This document shows positions 26,147 to 34,268 of a stretch of DNA of 63,661 bases, piece after piece. Made by a program: the position numbers and the translations under genes. The stretch is from an uncultured Candidatus Saccharibacteria bacterium (lineage in GTDB: Bacteria; Patescibacteriota; Minisyncoccia; UBA6257; WO2-44-18): the NCBI GenBank assembly GCA_964503795.1, contig CAZDBT010000003.1, forward strand, positions 1 to 63,661, in the 5' to 3' direction. The notes under the pieces are model-generated. The model saw only the letters and a program-made list of their open reading frames with translations, had not been told where the DNA came from and ran no database searches. Position 1 is the stretch's first letter. Every line of letters begins with the position of its first letter.

Positions 26147-27212
26147 TAGCCGCCGCGGCCTTTTTGGCCGCCGGTTGTTTTCCAAACTTGAATAAGCGCG
26201 CCTGAATTGACTGGACGATCTTGTTGGACACCGGGTCGTTCATTATTTTTGTGAATTCATTTTCAAGCAAGGCGACATCTTCTTTATAGATTCCGGTTGT
26301 GGCTCCCACTGCGTTGGTCGGGAAATCCGACAGCCCCAGGTTCTTTTCCAGGCGTTCTTTTCCGGCATTTGGTAACAGGATGCTGATGCCCGGAATTCGC
26401 AGGTAGCAGGCGTGGATCAGATTTGTCGCGTACATACCCACCACCACATCGGCGATCGGTAGCAGATCTTCTGTGAATGGGATCGCGGAGGTATCTAGAT
26501 ATTTCAGATTCGGGGCCAATTCTTGATAGCGTCCCGGTTTTTCATCCCGCGGATGCTGGCGGGCGATCAATAGGCTGCTCGGATGATTACCTTGGAAATC
26601 TTTAACCGCTTTGGCCAGAAACTCAAAAGTTGTCTGGTCAACCTTCCACGCCGCCGGAGTTCCCGCCCCGCAATAAAGAATTATAAAAGTTTTATCATCA
26701 ACCCCGAATTTTTTACGTAATCTTTTCCGTTCTTTCGCGACGTTCTCGCCGCGGAAGCGATCAAAAGAGGGATTGCCGGTAACGATCACTTTACCTGTGT
26801 AACCGTCCTGCAAAATAAAGTTCTCTGCCAGCTCATCAATGGTTAGTAGGGTTTTCCAAAACGGCATCATTTTGAAATTGACCGGCCAGCGATGATTAGC
26901 CCAAATATCTTGGAAGCAGATGATCTTAGCGCCGGCGGAGTGGGCCAATTCGGTGAACTTGTTGTTAACGTATGGGCCGGTAACCAGCGAACTTATCGCC
27001 ACAAGCAAAATGTCGGGGGAGAACTTCTTATATATAGCCGCCGCGCCGCTTTCTTGGTCGCAACGTATCGGTTTAAACCTCTCCAATATCTTTGTAGGAG
27101 ATTCTTTGACGGTGACCAGTTGGATCTTGGCCGATCCTTTTATCAGTGGAATTACCGGCGCGATAAATTCAGCGGTACCCGGAGCGTCAACTACGATAAG
27201 GAGTTTCTTCAT
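26127..27212 (-). CDS. GT-B-like enzyme of unknown specificity (candidate glycan/nonulosonate transferase)
   Basis: 361 aa from ATG 27212 (MKKLLIVVDAPG...). VIVTGNPSFDRF, ILYCGAGTP and ARQHPRDE motifs. The 3' end overlaps neuB by 20 nt (convergent). Confidence 0.4.
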   Translation of the reverse strand: MKKLLIVVDAPGTAEFIAPVIPLIKGSAKIQLVTVKESPTKILERFKPIRCDQESGAAAIYKKFSPDILLVAISSLVTGPYVNNKFTELAHSAGAKIICFQDIWANHRWPVNFKMMPFWKTLLTIDELAENFILQDGYTGKVIVTGNPSFDRFRGENVAKERKRLRKKFGVDDKTFIILYCGAGTPAAWKVDQTTFEFLAKAVKDFQGNHPSSLLIARQHPRDEKPGRYQELAPNLKYLDTSAIPFTEDLLPIADVVVGMYATNLIHACYLRIPGISILLPNAGKERLEKNLGLSDFPTNAVGATTGIYKEDVALLENEFTKIMNDPVSNKIVQSIQARLFKFGKQPAAKKAAAAIKKELR

Positions 27213-27248
27213 TGCCTTAAGTATATCAAAAGCTAGGTGGAAGACTGC

Positions 27249-27277
27249 TTGACGTTTGAGGAAAATTTCGGTATTAT
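27249..27277 (+). promoter_or_regulatory. Sigma-70-type promoter for 27361-28437
   Basis: TTGACG (27249-27254), a 17-nt spacer, then TATTAT (27272-27277). AAGGAGG RBS at 27347-27353. Confidence 0.5.
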
Positions 27278-27360
27278 CTATCACGTTCTTTGACTTGGGC
27301 TTGAGCTGTCCAGAGTGGGCCGCTCGCCCGAAAAAAGTAAGTAGCTCCAAGGAGGTAGGT

Positions 27361-28437
27361 ATGAGGGTTCTGATTGTTTCACGCACTCTGGGGCCGGCGC
27401 GTAACCTGGCGAAAGTCGCCGCCGCGCTGGTAGACGGAAGTCACGAAGTGGCGGCGGTATTTTCCAAGGATGCTGGCGCGATGGTTGACTCCGAGCGGTT
27501 GCTCGAAGATTTCAAGCCGGACATTGTTCTGGCTTCTACCTCCAGCGCCAACCTACACGATGAGCTGATGGTTATGACTCGCGCAAGCAGTCGTGACATC
27601 CCGGTTGCGATATTCGCAGACACTTACGGCGCTTTCTGGCGAAAGGGTTTTCGATTCTGGGGACTCACGCCAAAAATTGAAGTGCTTTTCGTCCCCGACG
27701 AGGCGGAAAAGAAACTCGCCGAAGAGAAGGGTTTCCGCAACGTGGTCGCCTCCGGTGTGCCGTTCTGGGAAGAGCTGGCCCAATCGCGCGAAGATTTCTT
27801 CAACGCTCGTCTCCATGGGCGAGCCCTACTCGAGGTGGATGGCCACAACCTAATCACCTGGTCGCCCGGCAAGAACGGTGAGCTGAACAAGCAAACCCTA
27901 TCCGAGATCTTTGCTTCCCTTCGGGAGATGGGTGAGCGATTCTGTGAGACCCTAGCTTTCGTGGTTCGTTTCCATCCGGGAGACGGCAGTCTGAAGAGCG
28001 ATCCGAACTTCTACAAGGAGGTTCTGAAAACTTGTCCGGTGCGGATCGCGGATTGTAGTATGTTCAAGAAGCAGGAAGATATGATCCCTGCTCTGGATCT
28101 GATCATCAGCAGCAGCGGCACGCTAGGCGTCGCCGGAATTTACCAGCGCGTTCCGGTGATTGAATATCTTCCGAAGGCCTGGGAGGATCGGCTGGAAGAG
28201 GCGACCGGTTTCCGGACCTGGCCGCCGACCGCCACCGGCGCTTCCATGCTGGTGAGCGACCAGAGGCATCTGGCTACGGGCATCCTTTCGCTGATCGGCA
28301 GTTCTGACGTTGCTCGGAAGCAGATGCGCGATGCTCAAGAGCGCAACTATCCTGCGACCAAGGGCCGAGCGGTGGAAACGATCATCCGCTGCCTCGGCGA
28401 TCTGGCCAAGAAGAAGACCCTTGCCAAAAAGATCTAA
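27361..28437 (+). CDS. GT-B-like enzyme, distant paralogue of 26127-27212; GC-rich
   Basis: 358 aa from ATG 27361 (MRVLIVSRTLGP...). VVASGVPFWEEL, VVRFHPGDG and IISSSGTLGVAGIYQRVPVI motifs. Sampled GC is 55-70%. Confidence 0.4.
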   Translation: MRVLIVSRTLGPARNLAKVAAALVDGSHEVAAVFSKDAGAMVDSERLLEDFKPDIVLASTSSANLHDELMVMTRASSRDIPVAIFADTYGAFWRKGFRFWGLTPKIEVLFVPDEAEKKLAEEKGFRNVVASGVPFWEELAQSREDFFNARLHGRALLEVDGHNLITWSPGKNGELNKQTLSEIFASLREMGERFCETLAFVVRFHPGDGSLKSDPNFYKEVLKTCPVRIADCSMFKKQEDMIPALDLIISSSGTLGVAGIYQRVPVIEYLPKAWEDRLEEATGFRTWPPTATGASMLVSDQRHLATGILSLIGSSDVARKQMRDAQERNYPATKGRAVETIIRCLGDLAKKKTLAKKI

Positions 28438-28445
28438 TCAAAAAT

Positions 28446-28483
28446 GACCCGTCCCCAATATGAGGACGGGTCTTTTATTTTTT
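28446..28483 (+). terminator. Rho-independent terminator
   Basis: GACCCGTCC-CCAATATGA-GGACGGGTC hairpin followed by TTTTATTTTTT. Confidence 0.8.
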
Positions 28484-28511
28484 CGGATTTTGAGCTATAA
28501 TAACTTTTGTT

Positions 28512-29414
28512 ATGTATCATCCAAAACTTGGAGTAATTGGTGTCGGTTGGGTTGGGGCCCAGCTCAAACGATATTTTGAAGAATTCAAAGGCTATAAAAC
28601 CGGCGAGGATCTGTTCACTTATGATATTGATCCGGCCAAATGTATCGGCGATATAAACAAAGCCGAGGTGGTTTTCGTGGTAGTGCCGACCCCGCGTAAC
28701 CCAAAAGACGGTTCCTGTGATACTGCCATCGTGGATAATGCGGTCAGTAAAGTTCAGGGGAGTAAGGTGATCGTGTTGAAGTCCACCATTCCTCCCGGCA
28801 CCACTGCTCGTTTGCAAAAGCAATATCCGAATCACAAATTTTTGTTTAACCCGGAATTTTTGAGTGAGAAGACCGCTTGGAACGATATGCTGCACCCCGA
28901 TCGTCAGATCGTCGGTTTTACCGATCAGAGTATGGAGGTTTCCGGCCTCGTCCTTTCGCTTTTGCCGAAGGCTCCGTTTATGTCTCCCTGGGGAACCAAC
29001 ACCTACAAGCACACTCGGATCACCGCCACCGAAGCCGAAGTGATCAAATATGCAGGCAATGTTTATTTTGCCCAAAAAGTTAACTGGGCGAACGCTTTGG
29101 CGATGGCCTCGGAGAAGCTGGGGGCGGATTATGAAAATGTTAGGCAGGGTATGGCGGCCGATCATCGCATCGGTGATTCGCACTTGGACGTAACGCACGG
29201 CGGTTATCGGGGATTCGGCGGTTACTGCTTCCCGAAAGACCTGTCGGCTTTCATGGTTTTCGCCAAGCAGAACGGTTTGGATAAGGTGCACGATCTTTTG
29301 ATGGCGGCCTGGGATTTTAATGGTAAGCTTCTGGCAGAGCAGGGATTAACTTATGAAGATGTCAGCAAACACATCTCCGACCAGGACGCGCTGAAGAAGA
29401 AAGCCGCGAAATAA
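28512..29414 (+). CDS. UDP-glucose/GDP-mannose dehydrogenase family protein, short (300 aa) form
   Basis: LGVIGVGWVG (NAD site), NPEFLSEKTA and GFGGYCFPKDL (catalytic Cys). It ends shortly after the central domain. The antisense ORF 28434-29291 is judged spurious. Confidence 0.7.
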   Translation: MYHPKLGVIGVGWVGAQLKRYFEEFKGYKTGEDLFTYDIDPAKCIGDINKAEVVFVVVPTPRNPKDGSCDTAIVDNAVSKVQGSKVIVLKSTIPPGTTARLQKQYPNHKFLFNPEFLSEKTAWNDMLHPDRQIVGFTDQSMEVSGLVLSLLPKAPFMSPWGTNTYKHTRITATEAEVIKYAGNVYFAQKVNWANALAMASEKLGADYENVRQGMAADHRIGDSHLDVTHGGYRGFGGYCFPKDLSAFMVFAKQNGLDKVHDLLMAAWDFNGKLLAEQGLTYEDVSKHISDQDALKKKAAK

Positions 29415-29430
29415 CCCCCGTATCATATAA

Positions 29431-31626
29431 ATGAATAACAAGAATTTAGCGAATTACTATGTTTGGGCCATCAAGGCTTTAGTTCTGATCATCCCGTTTT
29501 TGTCGGTTTGGATTGCGACCTCGATGTTTTTTCCTTATATTACCGGGCGGAACTTCGCTTTCAGGATATTGATCGAGATCGCTCTGGTATTGTGGGGGGC
29601 GTTAGCTATTTTGAAAAAAGAATACCGACCGCGGCTGACGCCGATCGCGATCGCGGTTTCCATTTTTGTTGTGATCATCGGAGCCGCCGATCTTTTGGGG
29701 ATTGATCCTTATAATAGTATTTGGTCGCGCCTGGAGAGGATGGAGGGTTATATGATGATCTTGCATTTGGCGGCCTATTTCTTAATTCTGACCAGTGTTT
29801 TCCGGACAAAGAAGGATTGGTTCGTATTTTTTAATTCGGTTCTAATCGCCGGTTTGTGGGTGGGCGGATACGGAGTTTTGCAGCTGCTGGGCATTAAGCA
29901 GGCTATCCAGGGAGGCAACGTGCGCATTGACGGTACGATCGGTAACCCGACTTATTTGGCGGCTTATCTTACTTTAGTCATCGGTCTTGGTCTGATACTG
30001 CTTTTTAATTCCAAGGATAAAATTTTCAAATGGATCTACTCGGCGATCATCGTTTTTAATTTTATTTTGATCTACTACACCGCCACTCGCGGCGCCGCTC
30101 TTTCGTTGTTGATCGCCATTCCATTATTTCTGGTTTTGTATCTGATCTTTTTCCGCGGTGATGATCCGAAGGAGCGCCGATTCAAAAAGATCGCCATCGG
30201 ATTGTTGGTTGTGATCATCGTAGTGCCGGCCGGTTTTTGGCTGATGCGCGCCACCAGCCTGGTGCAAAATAATGCCGTGTTGTCCCGTCTGACCTCTACT
30301 TCTCTTGGCGAGCGCACAATTAAATCCCGTTTCCAGATCTGGGGCATTGCTTGGAGGGCTTTTCAGGAGCGGCCGGTCCTAGGATGGGGTCAGGACAACT
30401 TCTTGTACGCCTTTTCTAAATATTTCGATCCGCGCCTTTATGACCAGGAGCCTTGGTTCGATCGTCCCCACGACATCTTCTTCGAGTGGCTGATAGACGG
30501 AGGGATTTTAGGATTCTTGTCCTACTTTGCCTTATTTGGGACCTTGTTCTTTTCCATTTTCAAACTTTTTAAGAGGAATTTCTTGGACAAAAAAGAGGCC
30601 ATCGTTTTAATTGTGGTGCCGATCGCTTATCTGGCTCAGAATGTTTTCGTTTTCGATAATTTTAATACCTATGTTCTGTTTTTCGGGATCCTAGCCTATG
30701 TAAACTCTTTGTATTCGGAGCATATTGCTCCGAAGCATCCAGTGGTGGAGCAAAAAAACGCGGAACAATTTTCACTGGGATTTTTGGTGATCGGCGCGAT
30801 CCTGATGTCGGTAATCATTTATTTCTGTAATTTCAAGGCTTTGGCGCAGGCGCAGGGGATCATCACTGCTTTGAAGGCCACTAGTGACCAAGTTGATCCG
30901 GTGGGCAAGACCACCGCGGCGTTCAAGGAAACTTTAGCCCAAAATTCATTCGGTACCGGTGAAACTTTGGAACAAATGTCGCGCGTCGCCGGTTTATTGC
31001 TCGGATCCAATAATGTGCCCAACAGTTCCAAGATCCCTTTTTTGGAATACACCATCGGTTCTCTAGAGGAATATCTAAAAGCTCATCCGGACAATTTGCG
31101 TCTTCATTTAATGGTTGGAGGATTGTATCAGACCGCCCGTTCCTTAAATCCGCAGCTGGTATTTAAAGCCCGCGAGCATTTGAAGGCGGCGCTGGATCTT
31201 AGCCCCACCAAGCAACAGATCTTATTTTTGCTGGCTGACAATTTCCTGGCTACCGGCGAAACCGCCAAGGCCATGGAACTGCTTCAGCAGGCAATCGACT
31301 TGGAGCCGACTTATCGCGATGCGTTCGTCAATCATGCGACCGTAGCCATTTTGATCGATCGCAATGATCTGGCCCTCAAAGACATTGAAAGTCTGAATAA
31401 GATCCGGCTTGGGTCATCCGACCAAAAACTGCCGGACCTGCCATTGTGGAATTATATCAATGATCTACAAAAGATTTTCAGTATTTATCGGCAGGCCGGT
31501 CAGCTAAGAAATGCCAGAATGATCTTTGATCGGATATTGGCTTTGAAGCCGGAAATAGTAAAATTCCACGAAGAGAACGGCTATTATAAGGAATTGATCA
31601 GCGGGTTGCAAAGCGATCTGAAATAG
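29431..31626 (+). CDS. O-antigen ligase/Wzy_C-family membrane protein fused to C-terminal TPR repeats
   Basis: 731 aa with more than 10 TM helices. YYTATRGAALSLLIAIPLF (Wzy_C-like loop). TPR-like repeats in the last ~200 aa (LADNFLATGETAKAMELLQQAIDLEPTYRDAFVNHA). Confidence 0.7.
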   Translation: MNNKNLANYYVWAIKALVLIIPFLSVWIATSMFFPYITGRNFAFRILIEIALVLWGALAILKKEYRPRLTPIAIAVSIFVVIIGAADLLGIDPYNSIWSRLERMEGYMMILHLAAYFLILTSVFRTKKDWFVFFNSVLIAGLWVGGYGVLQLLGIKQAIQGGNVRIDGTIGNPTYLAAYLTLVIGLGLILLFNSKDKIFKWIYSAIIVFNFILIYYTATRGAALSLLIAIPLFLVLYLIFFRGDDPKERRFKKIAIGLLVVIIVVPAGFWLMRATSLVQNNAVLSRLTSTSLGERTIKSRFQIWGIAWRAFQERPVLGWGQDNFLYAFSKYFDPRLYDQEPWFDRPHDIFFEWLIDGGILGFLSYFALFGTLFFSIFKLFKRNFLDKKEAIVLIVVPIAYLAQNVFVFDNFNTYVLFFGILAYVNSLYSEHIAPKHPVVEQKNAEQFSLGFLVIGAILMSVIIYFCNFKALAQAQGIITALKATSDQVDPVGKTTAAFKETLAQNSFGTGETLEQMSRVAGLLLGSNNVPNSSKIPFLEYTIGSLEEYLKAHPDNLRLHLMVGGLYQTARSLNPQLVFKAREHLKAALDLSPTKQQILFLLADNFLATGETAKAMELLQQAIDLEPTYRDAFVNHATVAILIDRNDLALKDIESLNKIRLGSSDQKLPDLPLWNYINDLQKIFSIYRQAGQLRNARMIFDRILALKPEIVKFHEENGYYKELISGLQSDLK

Positions 31627-31752
31627 ATCCGCTAAAGTTATCCACATGTGAGCAGGGAGGGGGTTGCGGTGATTTTGCAGTCGTTTATAATTATCTTAAT
31701 TGGCGTGTCGATGCCACTATCTTAATTAATAAAAAAATAATTTTTTTGTAGA

Positions 31753-32475
31753 ATGTATCGTTTTAATAAAAAACAAGTTTTGTCCGTGGCGGTGTCGGTC
31801 GCAGTGTCGATGTTCGCAGTGGCGTTGATCGCGTCGGCCACTACCTATATAGATACCGCCAGTGTTGCCGTAGCTACTGATACCCCAGGCGCGGCAGTCA
31901 GCGTTAAGGGCGCGGCTATTTTTGAAGGGTTCGTTCGGGCTGACTATTTCACCTCAACCTCTACGGGTAATTCTTGGTTATTCGGCAATCTCGGTCTTGG
32001 TACCACCACTCCCGGAACCAGATTAGATGTAGCCGGTTTTGTTAACGTTAAGGGTAATTTGAACATCGCCGCTACCTCCACCTTGGGCGACTTAAACGCT
32101 ACCTCTACCGTTACTGTTGGTACATCGTCCCCAACGGCGGCCGATCGTTTAACTGTTGATGGCATGGCTTTAGTTGCCGGTCACGTAGAAAGCCAGGGCA
32201 AGCCACCGGTATTGAGCAGCTGCGGAACTGCGCCGAGCGTTATTGGCACTGATCAAACCGGAAAGATCACCATCGGAAGTTCGGCGAACGCCGCTGGTAC
32301 AGCCTGTATCGCTACTTTCGTTAACCCTTGGAGGAATGCCCCGACCTGCGTAATCGCCAACGAGACCAGCAATGAAACCATTATGGTTGTTTCAAGCGCG
32401 ACTGCGATGACTTTGAAGGCTACCACCACGCCGAGCGCCTACGTTATTGGTTATCACTGCTGGGGCTTCAAATAG
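31753..32475 (+). CDS. Secreted/anchored hypothetical protein
   Basis: 240 aa. N-terminal TM/signal segment. GNLGLGTTTPGTRLDVAG motif, as seen in tail-fibre-like surface proteins. Four Cys in the C-terminal third. Confidence 0.5.
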   Translation: MYRFNKKQVLSVAVSVAVSMFAVALIASATTYIDTASVAVATDTPGAAVSVKGAAIFEGFVRADYFTSTSTGNSWLFGNLGLGTTTPGTRLDVAGFVNVKGNLNIAATSTLGDLNATSTVTVGTSSPTAADRLTVDGMALVAGHVESQGKPPVLSSCGTAPSVIGTDQTGKITIGSSANAAGTACIATFVNPWRNAPTCVIANETSNETIMVVSSATAMTLKATTTPSAYVIGYHCWGFK

Positions 32476-32503
32476 GAGGGTTAGGTCATGCACCACATAA
32501 CTC

Positions 32504-33466
32504 ATGAAAAAACATTTACTGCTTGCCTTAACGTTATTAGTTTTGCCGGTTACTGTTCTGGCAGCTTCCGATAGCGTCACGCTAAACGCCGGCATAACTC
32601 TAAAGGTGACCGTCGCCGGTAATTCTATGTCTTTTACCGTTGACGGCAATGATAAAGTAGAAACGCTTCAAGTTCAGGGCGGTTCTATAGTTGCCGGTAT
32701 GCAATCCGGCTCTACTTTGTCAATTACTTCCGCCGACAGAACCACCTTCACTTATTCTGTAGGAGGGGCGGCTGCCAGTTTTAATTGCTCGGCCTCTAAT
32801 TCTACTTTGAGTATTACTTCACCCAGCGCTCAAACCGTCACAATAACTCCCACTGGTAGCGCGTGCACAGTTTCTGGCGGTGGTCCTGGAGGAGGAGGCG
32901 AGGGAACGCCAAACCCACCTCCGCCATCCCCACAACCTTCCCCTGCGCCATCTCCCGAGCCTTCTCCGGCCCCAGAGCCTTCTCCATCGCCAACGGGCGG
33001 CGGTGGCGCTCCGGTAGTTTCCAATGTGCCAGCGGCGACCAACGCCAATCCTTCCCCTGTAGCCCAACTGGTATCCCCTGTGTTTAATGCTAATCTCCAG
33101 CCCGGCTCTAAAGGGGATGATGTTAAGCGTTTACAGCAGCTTTTGGCCACCGATAAGGAAATTTATCCTGAAGGTCAGGCCACCGGATATTTTGGTAATC
33201 TGACTAAGACTGCTATCGTCAGATTCCAGCTGAAATATGGCGTGATCAAGAAGGCGACTGATCCCGGCAATGGCAATCTTGGTCCGAAGACCCGCGCTAA
33301 ATTGAAGGAGATCTTTGGTAATGCGGCAGGAGTTCCGACCCCGGCAGCTGCACCGACCCCATCTCCAGCTTCTTCCAACGCAGCCGAAAAGCTACAGCAG
33401 TTGCAGACCTTGCTCCAGCAGGTACAAGCTTTACAGGCCGCTCTAAAAGCCAAGCAAGGCTACTAA
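32504..33466 (+). CDS. Secreted protein with Pro-rich linker and C-terminal peptidoglycan-binding (PG_binding_1) domain
   Basis: Signal peptide MKKHLLLALTLLVLPVTVLAA. GDDVKRLQQLLATDKEIYPEGQATGYFGNLTKTAIVRFQLKYG matches the PGB1 pattern. Confidence 0.7.
   Translation: MKKHLLLALTLLVLPVTVLAASDSVTLNAGITLKVTVAGNSMSFTVDGNDKVETLQVQGGSIVAGMQSGSTLSITSADRTTFTYSVGGAAASFNCSASNSTLSITSPSAQTVTITPTGSACTVSGGGPGGGGEGTPNPPPPSPQPSPAPSPEPSPAPEPSPSPTGGGGAPVVSNVPAATNANPSPVAQLVSPVFNANLQPGSKGDDVKRLQQLLATDKEIYPEGQATGYFGNLTKTAIVRFQLKYGVIKKATDPGNGNLGPKTRAKLKEIFGNAAGVPTPAAAPTPSPASSNAAEKLQQLQTLLQQVQALQAALKAKQGY
32876..33013 (+). repeat. Low-complexity Gly/Pro-Ser linker coding repeat
   Basis: GGGPGGGGEGTPNPPPPSPQPSPAPSPEPSPAPEPSPSPTGGGGAP. 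It generates spurious ORFs in other frames. Confidence 0.8.
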
Positions 33467-33467
33467 G

Positions 33468-33501
33468 AAAAAATCTCCCCCGCTAGCGGGGGAGATTTTT
33501 T
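33468..33501 (+). terminator. Rho-independent terminator
   Basis: AAAAAATCTCCCCCGC/GCGGGGGAGATTTTTT perfect palindrome. Confidence 0.85.
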
Positions 33502-33541
33502 AATGTAGACGAATTCAATCTTTTTTAGTACTCTATAGGCA

Positions 33542-34243
33542 ATGAAGGGTGTTATTTTAGCTGGTGGTTTAGGGACAAGGCTTCATCCGGTAACTTTGGA
33601 AATGCCTAAGCCGCTGCTCACAGTTAAACGTAAGCCGATCCTGAATCACCTTTTGGATCTTTTCGGCCGTCACGGAATAGATGAATCGCTGGTTTTGGTG
33701 AACAAAAATCATACCGAAGATTTTCAATGGTGGCAGAAGCGATATGAAAAAGAATTAAAGGGAAAGCTAGAGTTGGTAGCAGAACCGGAGCCGCTGGGCA
33801 CTTTTGGCGGCTTAAAGCTTTTTTCCGACAAGCTCAATGAGGCATTTATTTTATCCAACGGCGATGAGTTGAAGGACTTTGACCTATCGGCGTTGATCGC
33901 CGCCCACAAGGCCAATCCTGCAAAGCCGGCGGCGACCATCGCCTTGGTGAAAGTGGAGAAGCCTTCTGATTATGGTGTGCCGGTAATGGAGGGTGATGCG
34001 ATCAAGGAATTTTTGGAAAAGCCGCTGAATCCGCCATCGGATTTTGTCAGCTCCGGTATTTATATTTTGGAGCCGGAAGTTTTTCAATATGCCGATTGGA
34101 ATAAGGGATTTTTGATGATCGAAAAGGATATTTTCCCTAAGCTGGCCGCCGCCGGAAAGCTGGCTGGCCATAAATTCCCGAATGCCCGTTGGTACGATTG
34201 TGGTACGTTTGCTCGGTGGGAAAAAGCTATAAAAGAGTGGTGA
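33542..34243 (+). CDS. Sugar-1-phosphate nucleotidyltransferase
   Basis: MKGVILAGGLGTRLHPVTLEMPKPLL (GxGTRL P-loop-like motif). Confidence 0.8.
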   Translation: MKGVILAGGLGTRLHPVTLEMPKPLLTVKRKPILNHLLDLFGRHGIDESLVLVNKNHTEDFQWWQKRYEKELKGKLELVAEPEPLGTFGGLKLFSDKLNEAFILSNGDELKDFDLSALIAAHKANPAKPAATIALVKVEKPSDYGVPVMEGDAIKEFLEKPLNPPSDFVSSGIYILEPEVFQYADWNKGFLMIEKDIFPKLAAAGKLAGHKFPNARWYDCGTFARWEKAIKEW

Positions 34244-34268
34244 AAACAAAAAAGCCCCGCCTTGTCCT

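Noticed and set aside
28434-29291. 285-aa minus-strand ORF
   Set aside because: It lies fully antisense to the UDP-sugar dehydrogenase gene, which has clear NAD-binding and catalytic-Cys motifs. The antisense translation has no recognisable motif and is probably a shadow ORF.
31638-31646. Perfect DnaA box TTATCCACA (a second one lies at 43266-43274) as a possible replication origin
   Set aside because: They are two isolated boxes 11.6 kb apart. There is no cluster, no adjacent AT-rich unwinding element, and no dnaA/dnaN nearby. About 0.5 such 9-mers are expected by chance in 2 x 63 kb.
32819-33150. Arg/Trp-rich and Gly-rich ORFs in other frames of the proline-linker regions (also 44877-45241)
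   Set aside because: These are artefacts of the GC-rich CCN/GCN low-complexity repeat. They sit inside confidently assigned secreted-protein genes.
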